Positions 52,258 to 61,204 of a DNA stretch of 64,000 nucleotides are shown piece by piece; positions within the stretch are counted from its first letter, which is position 1, and each line of letters opens with the position of its first letter. This DNA comes from Deltaproteobacteria bacterium (GTDB taxonomy: Bacteria; Myxococcota_A; UBA9160; UBA6930), in assembly GCA_029261815.1 (NCBI GenBank), contig JAJDAQ010000054.1, positions 155-64,154 on the forward strand. Direction: 5' to 3'. A program made the translations under genes and the position numbers. The notes under the pieces were generated by a model. It searched no databases, was not told the DNA's origin, and worked only from the letters and a program-made list of their open reading frames with translations.

Positions 52258-55200
52258 ATGTTGCCTCTTCCGCGCTGCTACCGGGCTCTCAAGCGCACCT
52301 CGAGTGCCGCTCTCGTCACACTGTTGATATGTCAGATGATGACGCTGCCCGCCTGGGCCAACCCCCAGGGCGGAAGCGTCGTCGCGGGCGATGCGCAGAT
52401 CCAGCAGCGTTCGCCGTCGCGTCTCGATGTCATCCAGGGCAGCCAGCGGGCCATCATCGACTGGCGATCCTTCTCGATCGGCGCGGGCGAGCACACGCAC
52501 TTCGACCAACCTTCCGCTAGTGCAGTGGTCCTGAATCGCGTTCCCAACGGTGACGTCTCGCGCATCTTCGGAACCCTGACCGCCAACGGAAAGGTCATCC
52601 TGGTCAACCCGCGCGGTATCCACTTCGGAGCCTCCTCAAACGTCGACGTCGCCGGAATGCTTGCAACGACGGCCGACATCGCCAACGACGACTTCATGGC
52701 GGGCAAGCTGAACTTCGCAATCCCGGGCAACCCCGACGCGCGGATCCTGAACGAGGGCACGATCACCGCGCGCAATGGCGGCCTCGTCGCACTCGTGGCG
52801 CCCTGGGTGGAGAATCGCGGCGCGATTCACGCGACGCTGGGACGCGCGACCCTGGCCTCCGGCGACACCTTCACGCTGGACCTCTATGGCGACGGCCTGA
52901 TCGAGTTGGCGGTATCCGATGACACCGCGCAACGCCTCGTCGGTACCGCATCGAACACGGGCCTGATCGAAGCCGACGGCGGAGTCGTCTCCATGCTCGC
53001 GGCCGACGCCGCGAACGCGGTCGACAATGTCATCAATCTGGATGGCGTTGCCCTCGCGCGCTCGTTCGCCCAGATCGACGGACGGATCGCCTTGCTAGGC
53101 GGTGACACCTCAGCCGTCACCGTCGCCGGGACCCTGGACGCATCCGGCTCGCATGGCGGCGCGATCGACGTCGCCGGCGGCGATCTCCACCTCACCTCCA
53201 CAGCGCGACTCGACGCCTCCGGCGATTCAGGCGGCGGGAACATTCGCGTCGGTGGCGAACTGCAAGGCGGCCCCGGCCTGCTCGCGGCGCAGCGGGTCCG
53301 GATCGACGCCGGTGCAGAACTCCTCGCCGACGCGCGGGAGTCCGGCGATGGTGGCACGATCATCGCGTGGTCGGACGGCACGATGGACTACGAGGGCGCG
53401 CTCTCTGCTCGCGGCGCTGCTGGCGGCTCGGGCGGGTTCGCCGAGATCTCGGGGCTACAAGGGCTTCGCTATCGCGGGACCGCCCAGCTCGGGGCCGGTG
53501 GCCGCCTGTTGCTTGACCCCCACGACATGGTCGTCGGCGTCGGACTCGACGCCACCATCGGCGTCGATGCGATCCGACGCCAGATGATCGCGGGAACCAC
53601 CGTCGAACTCGTCACGACCGACGATCTGACGGTGACCAGCACGATCGACGGTCGGGTTTCGACAGGGGGCACCTCCGGTGGCGGACTCGTACTTCACTCC
53701 CTGACCGGCAACGTGTTCATCGACGCGGACATCATCACCCATGATGGGGCGATCGGCGTCGAGGCGCTGCAGCAGGTCGTCATGTCACCGACGTTGGGAG
53801 GCCTCAGCGGAGACGGGGTCGCCCTCGTCGTAACGGACGGAGCGGGCGCGCTCGGGAACGCGCCCATCTCGATCACCTCGGGCGGAACCGCGGACCTCCA
53901 GTATCTCGCGACACTGGGCGATGTCAGCGTCGATGCCGGCGGCCAGGCGATCCTGAATCGCGACCTCGGAACCCTCAACAACCCGCTCGGATCCCTGAGC
54001 GTCCAGGGCAACGGCGTGACGCTGCCGGCCAATGTGATCACGGCCAACGGCAACATCAGCGTCATGTCCACCGGGGCCCTCCAGATGGCCCAGCACATGC
54101 TCGTGTCCGATGGATCCGGAACGGCCGCTGCGGGAGTCGGCGATGTCTTCCTTTCCTTCGGCAGTGGCGACCTCGACCTCGGCGACCTCGAGACCCGGGG
54201 GTTGATCGATGTCGACTTCACGGGTTCCGCTGGCGGGAAGGTGACGATCTCCGAGGCACTGGGCGGCAGCGGCAGCCCGATCGGCGGGCTCGACATCGAC
54301 GCCCCCGACGTCGACCAGCGAGCCGAGATCGTGGCGCTCGGCGATGTCCGCCTCGGCCGCGTCGCCGGCGACGTGACCCTGCGGCGCGACATCTTCACCG
54401 GTGGCGGCGACTTCGAATCCCGCGGCCACACGATCATCGATCCGCGACGGCCGCTACTCGACGCGATGGGCAACCCGATCATGGTCACCAAGGTCTTTGG
54501 CATCACCGACGCGGGCGAACTCATCTATGGCTTCGATCCGATGACCGGTGCCCCGATCGTCGACCCGACGCACCTGGAGCCGGCACTTGGTGTCCAAGAC
54601 CTGGCCGACTACCGATACCGGCTGATCCAGGGGCAAGGTGACTTCACGATGACCCCGTTTACGGCAGCCGAGCAGTTCGTCCTGAACCTCGCCCAGGACA
54701 AGCCGGCAATCGCGGCGTTGATCCCAAACCTCTATCAGGCCAGCGAGACTGCGAACACCTTCAACGGCAACATCGGAAAGATCGTCACGACGACGTGGAC
54801 GCTCACGATCGACACGATCGGCGCGTTGGGAAGCGGCGACGTCAATTTCAACGGCACGGTCGGTCCGCCCGACATGTGGGGTGGCGCCATTTCTCTTTCC
54901 CAGGCCCCATTCCAGAGCACCGGACACCTGCCGCCCGGAATCACCGGCGAGGTCTTCTCGTCACCCGCGTTCACGGACCCGTTCGATGGGACGCCCGTCA
55001 GCGCCAAATTCTTTGCCCATGGCGACGGCTGGGTCGCTGGACCTGTCTTCCCCGGCCCGACGAACGGGTGGGACGCAGGCGCGCAGGGAACCTTCGAGCG
55101 CGTCGAACTCGCAATCAACGCAGGCACCGGCAACATCGACTTCGGCGGCGAACTCGCATCGATCCAGCGCAGCATCCAGGGCATCAGCTACGACGCCCTG

Positions 55201-56037
55201 CATCTGAACATCGAGAGCGCGGGTGGGTTGAGCTTCAACGCGGATCCTCTGTTGAACAACCGGCTGAACAGCCTGCGGATTCCGGACACGTTGGTGGCGT
55301 TGCCACTAACGTTCCCGACGACGGGCTTCCCGCGGGTCGATACCAGTCAGACCGGTTACTACCGGTTGATCACGGGCGGATTCATGATCCCGGACACCTT
55401 CCAGCTCGTGCAGGACAGCTCGGGCCTCTCGCTCGTGGACGCCACCAGCTCCGTCCCAAACGCCGTGGTCGTCCTGACCATCCCTTCCGCGTTGAATCCC
55501 AAGCCGACTACGAGCACGATCGCCTCATCCACCAACCCGGGTGCCAGCGGCACCGGATCGGCGGGCGGGTACATGTTCACAGGAGGCGGAACCGGCCTGT
55601 TCGGCGGGACCACCACGCTCCCCGGAGCGCCGGGCGCTCCGCCAACACTCCTGGGCGCGGGACCGGAAACCGGCATCACCTTTGCGCTGGAACAGAGCCT
55701 GGGCGAGTCGCACGCAACCGGCGAAGAGGATCCGGTCGAAACCACCGAAGAGCAGTTCGCCGATGGCCGGGACTGCCCGACCACGGCGCCCTCCGCCTAT
55801 CAAGCCACACCGGGCGACGCGGCCTTCGCGGGCGACCCGCGCGGCAATCCCTACTCGGTCGACGCGTTCTGCGGGAGCTATGACCTCGTTGACACCCAGG
55901 ACCCGCGCGGCGAACACTACGGCGATCTGACATTCGCGACCCGCGACTTCTGGACCGACGCAGAGCAGGCGCGTAGCCCACTTCCGATCGAAGCCGTCAA
56001 CGTGGCCGCACCGCCGCCCACGGAGGAGAAGCGCTGA
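52258..56037 (+). CDS. two-partner secretion exoprotein (TpsA) with filamentous-hemagglutinin N-terminal TPS domain
   Basis: Track ORF 52108..56037(+). The start is moved to ATG 52258, after AAGGAG. Has a signal peptide and then the TPS domain: ANPQGGSVVAGDAQI, IIDWRSFSIGAGEHTHF, VVLNRV, GTLTANGKVILVNPRGIHFG. A long Gly/Asp/Thr-rich beta-helix-like body follows. No recognisable C-terminal toxin domain. Confidence 0.85.
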   Translation: MLPLPRCYRALKRTSSAALVTLLICQMMTLPAWANPQGGSVVAGDAQIQQRSPSRLDVIQGSQRAIIDWRSFSIGAGEHTHFDQPSASAVVLNRVPNGDVSRIFGTLTANGKVILVNPRGIHFGASSNVDVAGMLATTADIANDDFMAGKLNFAIPGNPDARILNEGTITARNGGLVALVAPWVENRGAIHATLGRATLASGDTFTLDLYGDGLIELAVSDDTAQRLVGTASNTGLIEADGGVVSMLAADAANAVDNVINLDGVALARSFAQIDGRIALLGGDTSAVTVAGTLDASGSHGGAIDVAGGDLHLTSTARLDASGDSGGGNIRVGGELQGGPGLLAAQRVRIDAGAELLADARESGDGGTIIAWSDGTMDYEGALSARGAAGGSGGFAEISGLQGLRYRGTAQLGAGGRLLLDPHDMVVGVGLDATIGVDAIRRQMIAGTTVELVTTDDLTVTSTIDGRVSTGGTSGGGLVLHSLTGNVFIDADIITHDGAIGVEALQQVVMSPTLGGLSGDGVALVVTDGAGALGNAPISITSGGTADLQYLATLGDVSVDAGGQAILNRDLGTLNNPLGSLSVQGNGVTLPANVITANGNISVMSTGALQMAQHMLVSDGSGTAAAGVGDVFLSFGSGDLDLGDLETRGLIDVDFTGSAGGKVTISEALGGSGSPIGGLDIDAPDVDQRAEIVALGDVRLGRVAGDVTLRRDIFTGGGDFESRGHTIIDPRRPLLDAMGNPIMVTKVFGITDAGELIYGFDPMTGAPIVDPTHLEPALGVQDLADYRYRLIQGQGDFTMTPFTAAEQFVLNLAQDKPAIAALIPNLYQASETANTFNGNIGKIVTTTWTLTIDTIGALGSGDVNFNGTVGPPDMWGGAISLSQAPFQSTGHLPPGITGEVFSSPAFTDPFDGTPVSAKFFAHGDGWVAGPVFPGPTNGWDAGAQGTFERVELAINAGTGNIDFGGELASIQRSIQGISYDALHLNIESAGGLSFNADPLLNNRLNSLRIPDTLVALPLTFPTTGFPRVDTSQTGYYRLITGGFMIPDTFQLVQDSSGLSLVDATSSVPNAVVVLTIPSALNPKPTTSTIASSTNPGASGTGSAGGYMFTGGGTGLFGGTTTLPGAPGAPPTLLGAGPETGITFALEQSLGESHATGEEDPVETTEEQFADGRDCPTTAPSAYQATPGDAAFAGDPRGNPYSVDAFCGSYDLVDTQDPRGEHYGDLTFATRDFWTDAEQARSPLPIEAVNVAAPPPTEEKR

Positions 56038-58916
56038 CACCGGACCGCTCCAAAGCGAGGTGGCACTGCGCCTTCGCGACCTTCTTCGCATCGGTACTGG
56101 CCATCCCCGCCCTGGCCACAGACCCACCGCCTGGCCCATTCATCCAGGTCGAAACCGGCATGCACGCGTCGAGCATTCGCGCCTCCGCCCTGGCGCCCTC
56201 CGGCGAGTACGTCGTTACCGGCTCGGCCGACAAGACCGTGCGCCTCTGGGAGCTTCCGTCGCTGCGCCTTCGACGCGTGTTCCGACTCCCCATCGGGAGC
56301 GGCAACGAGGGCCGCGTGCACGATGTCGCGGTTTCCGCCGACAGCCGGGTGGTCGCGGCGGCCGGTTGGACGGGTTGGGAATGGGATGGCAGCGCATCGA
56401 TCTACTTCTTCGACGTCGCCACCGGCGAGATCGCGGCGCGTCTCTCGGGGCTCCCGGCGGCCGTGCGAAACCTGGCCTTCTCCCCCGACGGTCGTCATCT
56501 GGCCGTCGGGTTGATGGGTCGCGCGGGCCTCCGCATCTACCGCACGTCTGATTTCACGCTCGTGCACGAAGACGCGGGGTATCGCGAACGAATTGTCTCT
56601 CTCGATTTCGCCCGCGATGGCCGACTGGCCACGGCCTCCGTGGACGGCCGCATCCGTATCTACTCAAAGGCGTTCGACCTCACGGTCGCGGCCGACGTCC
56701 CCGCTGGATCGACGCCGCTCGAAGTGCGGTTTTCCCCGGACGGGAGCCGTGTGGCGATTGGCTACCACGACCTCCCCCGCGTCGATGTCCTCGACGCCGA
56801 GGATCTCTCCCTCCGCTTCTCGCCGAAGGTTCCGGCGGCCGGACTGGAAGCCCTCTACGCGGTCGAGTGGTCCGAAGACGGCAAAACGCTCTATGCCGGA
56901 GGCCGCCACGACGGCAAGGGACGCAATCCGATCCTCGCGTGGCCGCAGGCCGGCCGCGGCAAGCCACTGCGGCTGCCCGCCTCGCGTGCGCGAATGGGCC
57001 GCCTTCTGCCGCTTCGCGACGGCGGTCTCTTCTGGGGAGCAGAGGATCCTGCGATCGGGTTGTTCGCACGCGACGGGAGCCTGCTCGAAAGAATCGAACC
57101 CCAGACGCTGGACTTTCAGGACCTGGGTGACGAATTGAGGCTCTCGGCCGATGGGTCGGCCGTCGGGTTCCTGACGAGCGACGTGCCTCGCAAGCGCGCC
57201 CACTACTCCTTTCCACGCCGGGGCATCGTCGCGGGCCCGCCCTCCTCGTTCAGGCTGCACGAACCCCGGCGCATCGGCCCCGCCCCTGTGGAGGTCGGAC
57301 TCGACCGCCGCAGCCTCACGATCGGGGGGCGACCGGTGCCGCTCGAACCGTTCGAAGACGTTCGACACTGGGCGTGGTCGGCCGATGGTCAACGTCTCGC
57401 GGTAGCCACCGAATGGGCGGTGCGTGTCTTTGACGCGAACGGCTCGGAGCTCTGGCGACACGCGATGCCCGTGGTGGTGCACGCCGTCAACATCAGCCGT
57501 GATGGCGCGTTCGTCGTGGCCGCGATCTCTGACGGGACACTGCGCTGGTTCCGGCTCGATGACGGCACGCCTGCTGTCTCACTCTTCCCGCACGCCAATG
57601 GAGAGGACTGGGCCGCGTGGCTTCCATCGGGCCACTACGCGGCCTCCCCTCGCGGCGACCGCTACGTGGGCTGGGCGCTGAACCAGGGCGCGAACCGGGA
57701 AGCCCTCTTCTTTCGCGCCGTCCAATTCGAGCGTGTCTTCTACGAACCGCGTCGCATCGAACGTTTCCCGCGGCTCGCCAGTGCCCGAGGGTCGGTCCCA
57801 TTGCAGGCGAAGCGGCTGATGGAACTCGCGCCGCCCCAGGTCGAGATCGAGGTCGCACGCCAGATTCACCCGCGCGCAAGTGGGCCGCTCACGCGGATTC
57901 GCGTGCGGGCAAAGCGGCGCAGCGCCGAGATGGAGCGATTCACCGTCTACGTCAACAAGATCCCGCTCACCCCATTCTCGGATCGGGAACTTCTCGCCGG
58001 GGAGCGTGAATGGGTCGACCGGGAAGTCGAGATCCCGCTACAGGCTCAAATGAATGACATCCGCGTCGAGGTCGACACCGCGCACTCGAGGGCGATCGCC
58101 CGGGTCGCGGTCGAAAACGTCGGCGAGCCGATGACCCAGCAGCAGGGGGATCTCTACGTGCTCGCGGTCGGCGTGAACTTCCTGCGAAACCTCCCGGACA
58201 AGAGTCTTTCCTACGCCGCGCGGGATGCGCGCCGGGTCGGCGCGCTCCTGCAATCGCAGGAGGGCCGCGTCTTCCGCAACGTCCATCTGGAACTGGTCGT
58301 CGACCGTTTGCGCGAACCCGACAAGCGCGGAATCGAAGACGCGCTCGGGTTCCTGCGTCGCGCACGCCCCATCGACACGGTCGTCCTGTTCCTGGCGGGC
58401 CACGGTATCCGCGATGTCAGCGGCAACTACTACTTCGTGCCGTCCGATGCCTCGCGCGAGGAGATCGTTGCACTGGAGACCGGTGCGACGAAGGCTCCCA
58501 GCCTCGTGCGCTGGAACGCCTTCCTGGACGGGCTTCAATCTGCGGTCGGGCGGCGGGTATTGATCGTCGATACCTGCCATGCGCAGCAAATTCGCGGACG
58601 CCTGGAACTTGACTGGCTGGCCAAGCACTCGGCATCGGCCATGTTCGCGATGCTGGCCGCTTCGGCCCCGCAAGAACGATCGGAGGAGAACGCGCGCTTC
58701 GGTGCCGGCCTCTACACGCAGGGGCTACTCAGCGCTCTCTCGGGAAGCGGCGACGCCAACCAGGATGGCGTGGTCACGATCGTCGAAGCGCATCGCGCCG
58801 CTGGCGATTTCGTCAAGACCCACCGCAAGGGGGACCAGGAACCGCGATTCTTCGCGCCGCCCGAATTCTCCTCGATGGCGCTGACCGCCACGCCCGATGG
58901 AACCAGCGGCGACTGA
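56034..58916 (+). CDS. exported WD40-repeat / caspase-family (peptidase C14) protein; probable CTG start
   Basis: Track ORF 56160..58916(+). Has WD40 repeats (TGSADKTVRLWEL and others) and a C-terminal caspase-like domain with LFLAGHG and LIVDTCHAQQ. The frame is open from 55977. Upstream of the first ATG it encodes a signal peptide RSKARWHCAFATFFASVLAIPALA. The only start-like codon there is CTG 56034, 5 nt after GGAGGAG, overlapping the TpsA stop (CTGA). Confidence 0.7.
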   Translation: MTPDRSKARWHCAFATFFASVLAIPALATDPPPGPFIQVETGMHASSIRASALAPSGEYVVTGSADKTVRLWELPSLRLRRVFRLPIGSGNEGRVHDVAVSADSRVVAAAGWTGWEWDGSASIYFFDVATGEIAARLSGLPAAVRNLAFSPDGRHLAVGLMGRAGLRIYRTSDFTLVHEDAGYRERIVSLDFARDGRLATASVDGRIRIYSKAFDLTVAADVPAGSTPLEVRFSPDGSRVAIGYHDLPRVDVLDAEDLSLRFSPKVPAAGLEALYAVEWSEDGKTLYAGGRHDGKGRNPILAWPQAGRGKPLRLPASRARMGRLLPLRDGGLFWGAEDPAIGLFARDGSLLERIEPQTLDFQDLGDELRLSADGSAVGFLTSDVPRKRAHYSFPRRGIVAGPPSSFRLHEPRRIGPAPVEVGLDRRSLTIGGRPVPLEPFEDVRHWAWSADGQRLAVATEWAVRVFDANGSELWRHAMPVVVHAVNISRDGAFVVAAISDGTLRWFRLDDGTPAVSLFPHANGEDWAAWLPSGHYAASPRGDRYVGWALNQGANREALFFRAVQFERVFYEPRRIERFPRLASARGSVPLQAKRLMELAPPQVEIEVARQIHPRASGPLTRIRVRAKRRSAEMERFTVYVNKIPLTPFSDRELLAGEREWVDREVEIPLQAQMNDIRVEVDTAHSRAIARVAVENVGEPMTQQQGDLYVLAVGVNFLRNLPDKSLSYAARDARRVGALLQSQEGRVFRNVHLELVVDRLREPDKRGIEDALGFLRRARPIDTVVLFLAGHGIRDVSGNYYFVPSDASREEIVALETGATKAPSLVRWNAFLDGLQSAVGRRVLIVDTCHAQQIRGRLELDWLAKHSASAMFAMLAASAPQERSEENARFGAGLYTQGLLSALSGSGDANQDGVVTIVEAHRAAGDFVKTHRKGDQEPRFFAPPEFSSMALTATPDGTSGD

Positions 58917-58930
58917 GTCCGTCGGCGGTG

Positions 58931-59605
58931 CTAGGCGCTCAGGGAACGGCGCCGATGCGATACGACCGCGACGAACGGGGCCAGCATCGCGAACAGGAGC
59001 CATCGTCGCGGTTCAGGAACCGACACCGTGGTCGCGCCAGCGAAGAGCGCGTGGCGGGTGCTCGACCAACGCGCGGCCGCGTATGCCGCCACACCATCGC
59101 TGGTGGAACCCAAGAAGTCCTGCTTGTCACAGGTCTGTCCCGGCTCACAATCGACCGTGAACGCGAATACATAGGTCGAGCCCGGCGCGATTGGGGTGTG
59201 GTTCCATTGCCAGACCGAATAGTCGAAATCGCCAAAGGCCAAGGCGCTCACGTAGTAGCCGCTGTCGTAGCTGACCCATCCGCTTGGACTCGAGTACCCC
59301 TGGCTGACACCCTGGAGCGTGAGATTGCGAACGTCGCTACTCGCGTTGAAGAGCACCGCGTAGATGGAGTACGGGTCCGCGTGCGACTCGTTACGGACGG
59401 TCACGAGAAGATTCGATCCGTTGACGTCGAATTCGACGCTGCCCACGAAGCCGGGAGCCGTCCCGTCGGCAGTGGCCTCCGTCAGATCGAGCGGCGTTGC
59501 CGAGGCCGCAGAGGCCAGACCGAGCGTCAAGGAGAGCAGCAGGACCGCAATTCCCAGGCGGTCACAAGTCCCAATCCGCTTCCACTTCCACAAAGACATC
59601 CGCAT
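58931..59605 (-). CDS. PEP-CTERM sorting-domain secreted protein
   Basis: ORF 58931..59605(-), with GGAGGAA upstream. Has a signal peptide. The C-terminal VPEPRRWLLFAMLAPFVAVVSHRRR is a PEP motif plus a TM helix plus a basic tail. Confidence 0.8.
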   Translation of the reverse strand: MRMSLWKWKRIGTCDRLGIAVLLLSLTLGLASAASATPLDLTEATADGTAPGFVGSVEFDVNGSNLLVTVRNESHADPYSIYAVLFNASSDVRNLTLQGVSQGYSSPSGWVSYDSGYYVSALAFGDFDYSVWQWNHTPIAPGSTYVFAFTVDCEPGQTCDKQDFLGSTSDGVAAYAAARWSSTRHALFAGATTVSVPEPRRWLLFAMLAPFVAVVSHRRRSLSA

Positions 59606-59702
59606 CCGATTCCTCCGTCTCGGGAAGCGTGGTCCCGCGGGATCGGATGTGGCAGAAGAATTCCTGGTGGGCGTGGTACCCCACGCCCCGGCTTGCCGTG
59701 GC

Positions 59703-61055
59703 CTAGAACGTGTACTCGACGGCCACCGTCGGAATCACGTCTGCGCGGAGGCCCTCATCGTTCAGCCGCCAGAGCGCGTTGAGCGAGACCACGAAGCGAT
59801 CGAAGGGGTTGAACTTGATGCCGGTCGCTGCCGAGGTCAGCTTGTCACCGATGCCGTTGTCGTTGAACTTTCGCGATTCGAGGAAGTCGACCGACAACGT
59901 CACGCGCTCGTGCACGGCCCAGGAAGCGCCGATGTTGTACCGGAAGCTGCTTTCGGTGTGTTCGTTCACGCGGTAGGAGAATGCTGCGTTCGAGTGGACC
60001 TCGAACCGGCCGAAGTCCTTCGAGAGGATCACCATCCCACCGAGCGCCGGATCGCCGAAGCCGCGGAAGTTGTCTTCGTCGCCGGTCGGCAGCGTCAGGT
60101 CGCCTCGGACGGCCAGGTCGAACCACTCGGTCTCAAGGACGCGGGCCTTGGCGCGCACGATCACGTCGCCGAGGCCGGTGCTCGAGTCGCTCTCCGAGAC
60201 ACGGCGCACAGACTGCGCGGCACCCGTCGCCCCGTCGCGCAGGCCGCTGACCTCGACGGCCGCGTCGACATCAACCCGCAGCACCGGAATCACGACACCG
60301 ACGTCGATGCGCTCGGTCACGCCATAGTTCAGGAAGAGTGCAAAGGCATCGACCTCGACGTTCAGGTCGAGTCGCGTCACCGGATCCTGGAGGGAAAGGG
60401 AGCCGGAAGTGAACGGCGCGTTGTGGACGCCCGTGATCCCGTTGCCGTTCCAGACGCCGCCGCCGCCATCGGTGAACGGGATGCTGGCGCCGCCGCCGAG
60501 GCTGAAGCTCGATGTCGGATTGGCCAAGCCCGCGCCACCGAGGTAGGCGGCATTCCCAGGGCTCAGGTTGGACGGATTCGTGCCACCGAGCTGCACCGGA
60601 ATATCGTCGATGTCCTCACCCTCGAAGACATCGAAGTCCACGTGGGTCACTGCGAACGCGACGTTCAACTGCCCTTTACCCGTGGTATCCGCGCGCTCCG
60701 AGAGCAGCGGCCCAAGGCCTTCCGTGGAGCGCTCGACCACGTTGAGCGTGGGGTCGAATTCGAACGTGAAGGCCGCCACGGTCGAGCCGAGCGGTGTCTT
60801 CTGGAACTGGCTGGCGATCTGGCTATTCAGCCCACCGAGTGCGCCGCTCGGGTTGAAGCTCCCGGAGAGCCCTGCACCCGCGTCGGAAATGAAGGTGCCC
60901 GGATTCCCGCCGCCCTCGATCGTGACGACCGCAACGAAGCCGGTGTTCACCTGGCCGAACAGGTCGGGAATGATCTGGTCAAGGTCGCCGCCGGATGCCG
61001 GCACCGACAACAAGAGCAGCGTCAGAACGGTCGTCGTGATTCTCGCAAGCTTCAT
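59703..61055 (-). CDS. outer-membrane beta-barrel protein (MetA-pathway/transporter-like)
   Basis: ORF 59703..61055(-), with GGAGGG upstream. The signal peptide is ITTTVLTLLLLSVPASG. Shows an alternating beta-strand pattern, a GLGD motif and a terminal aromatic residue (VAVEYTF). Confidence 0.7.
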   Translation of the reverse strand: MKLARITTTVLTLLLLSVPASGGDLDQIIPDLFGQVNTGFVAVVTIEGGGNPGTFISDAGAGLSGSFNPSGALGGLNSQIASQFQKTPLGSTVAAFTFEFDPTLNVVERSTEGLGPLLSERADTTGKGQLNVAFAVTHVDFDVFEGEDIDDIPVQLGGTNPSNLSPGNAAYLGGAGLANPTSSFSLGGGASIPFTDGGGGVWNGNGITGVHNAPFTSGSLSLQDPVTRLDLNVEVDAFALFLNYGVTERIDVGVVIPVLRVDVDAAVEVSGLRDGATGAAQSVRRVSESDSSTGLGDVIVRAKARVLETEWFDLAVRGDLTLPTGDEDNFRGFGDPALGGMVILSKDFGRFEVHSNAAFSYRVNEHTESSFRYNIGASWAVHERVTLSVDFLESRKFNDNGIGDKLTSAATGIKFNPFDRFVVSLNALWRLNDEGLRADVIPTVAVEYTF

Positions 61056-61204
61056 GGAGCCCTCCGCGAGGCCACTCTAAGACGGGAGACGGCGACGCGC
61101 CACGCTTCTTCCAGCCGACCGAAACGTTCAGGGCGCACCTACTTCAGAATTGACAAGCGTCGGCGGCCAAGGACAACATGGAGGCCCGCAGACAAGGAGA
61201 CCCA

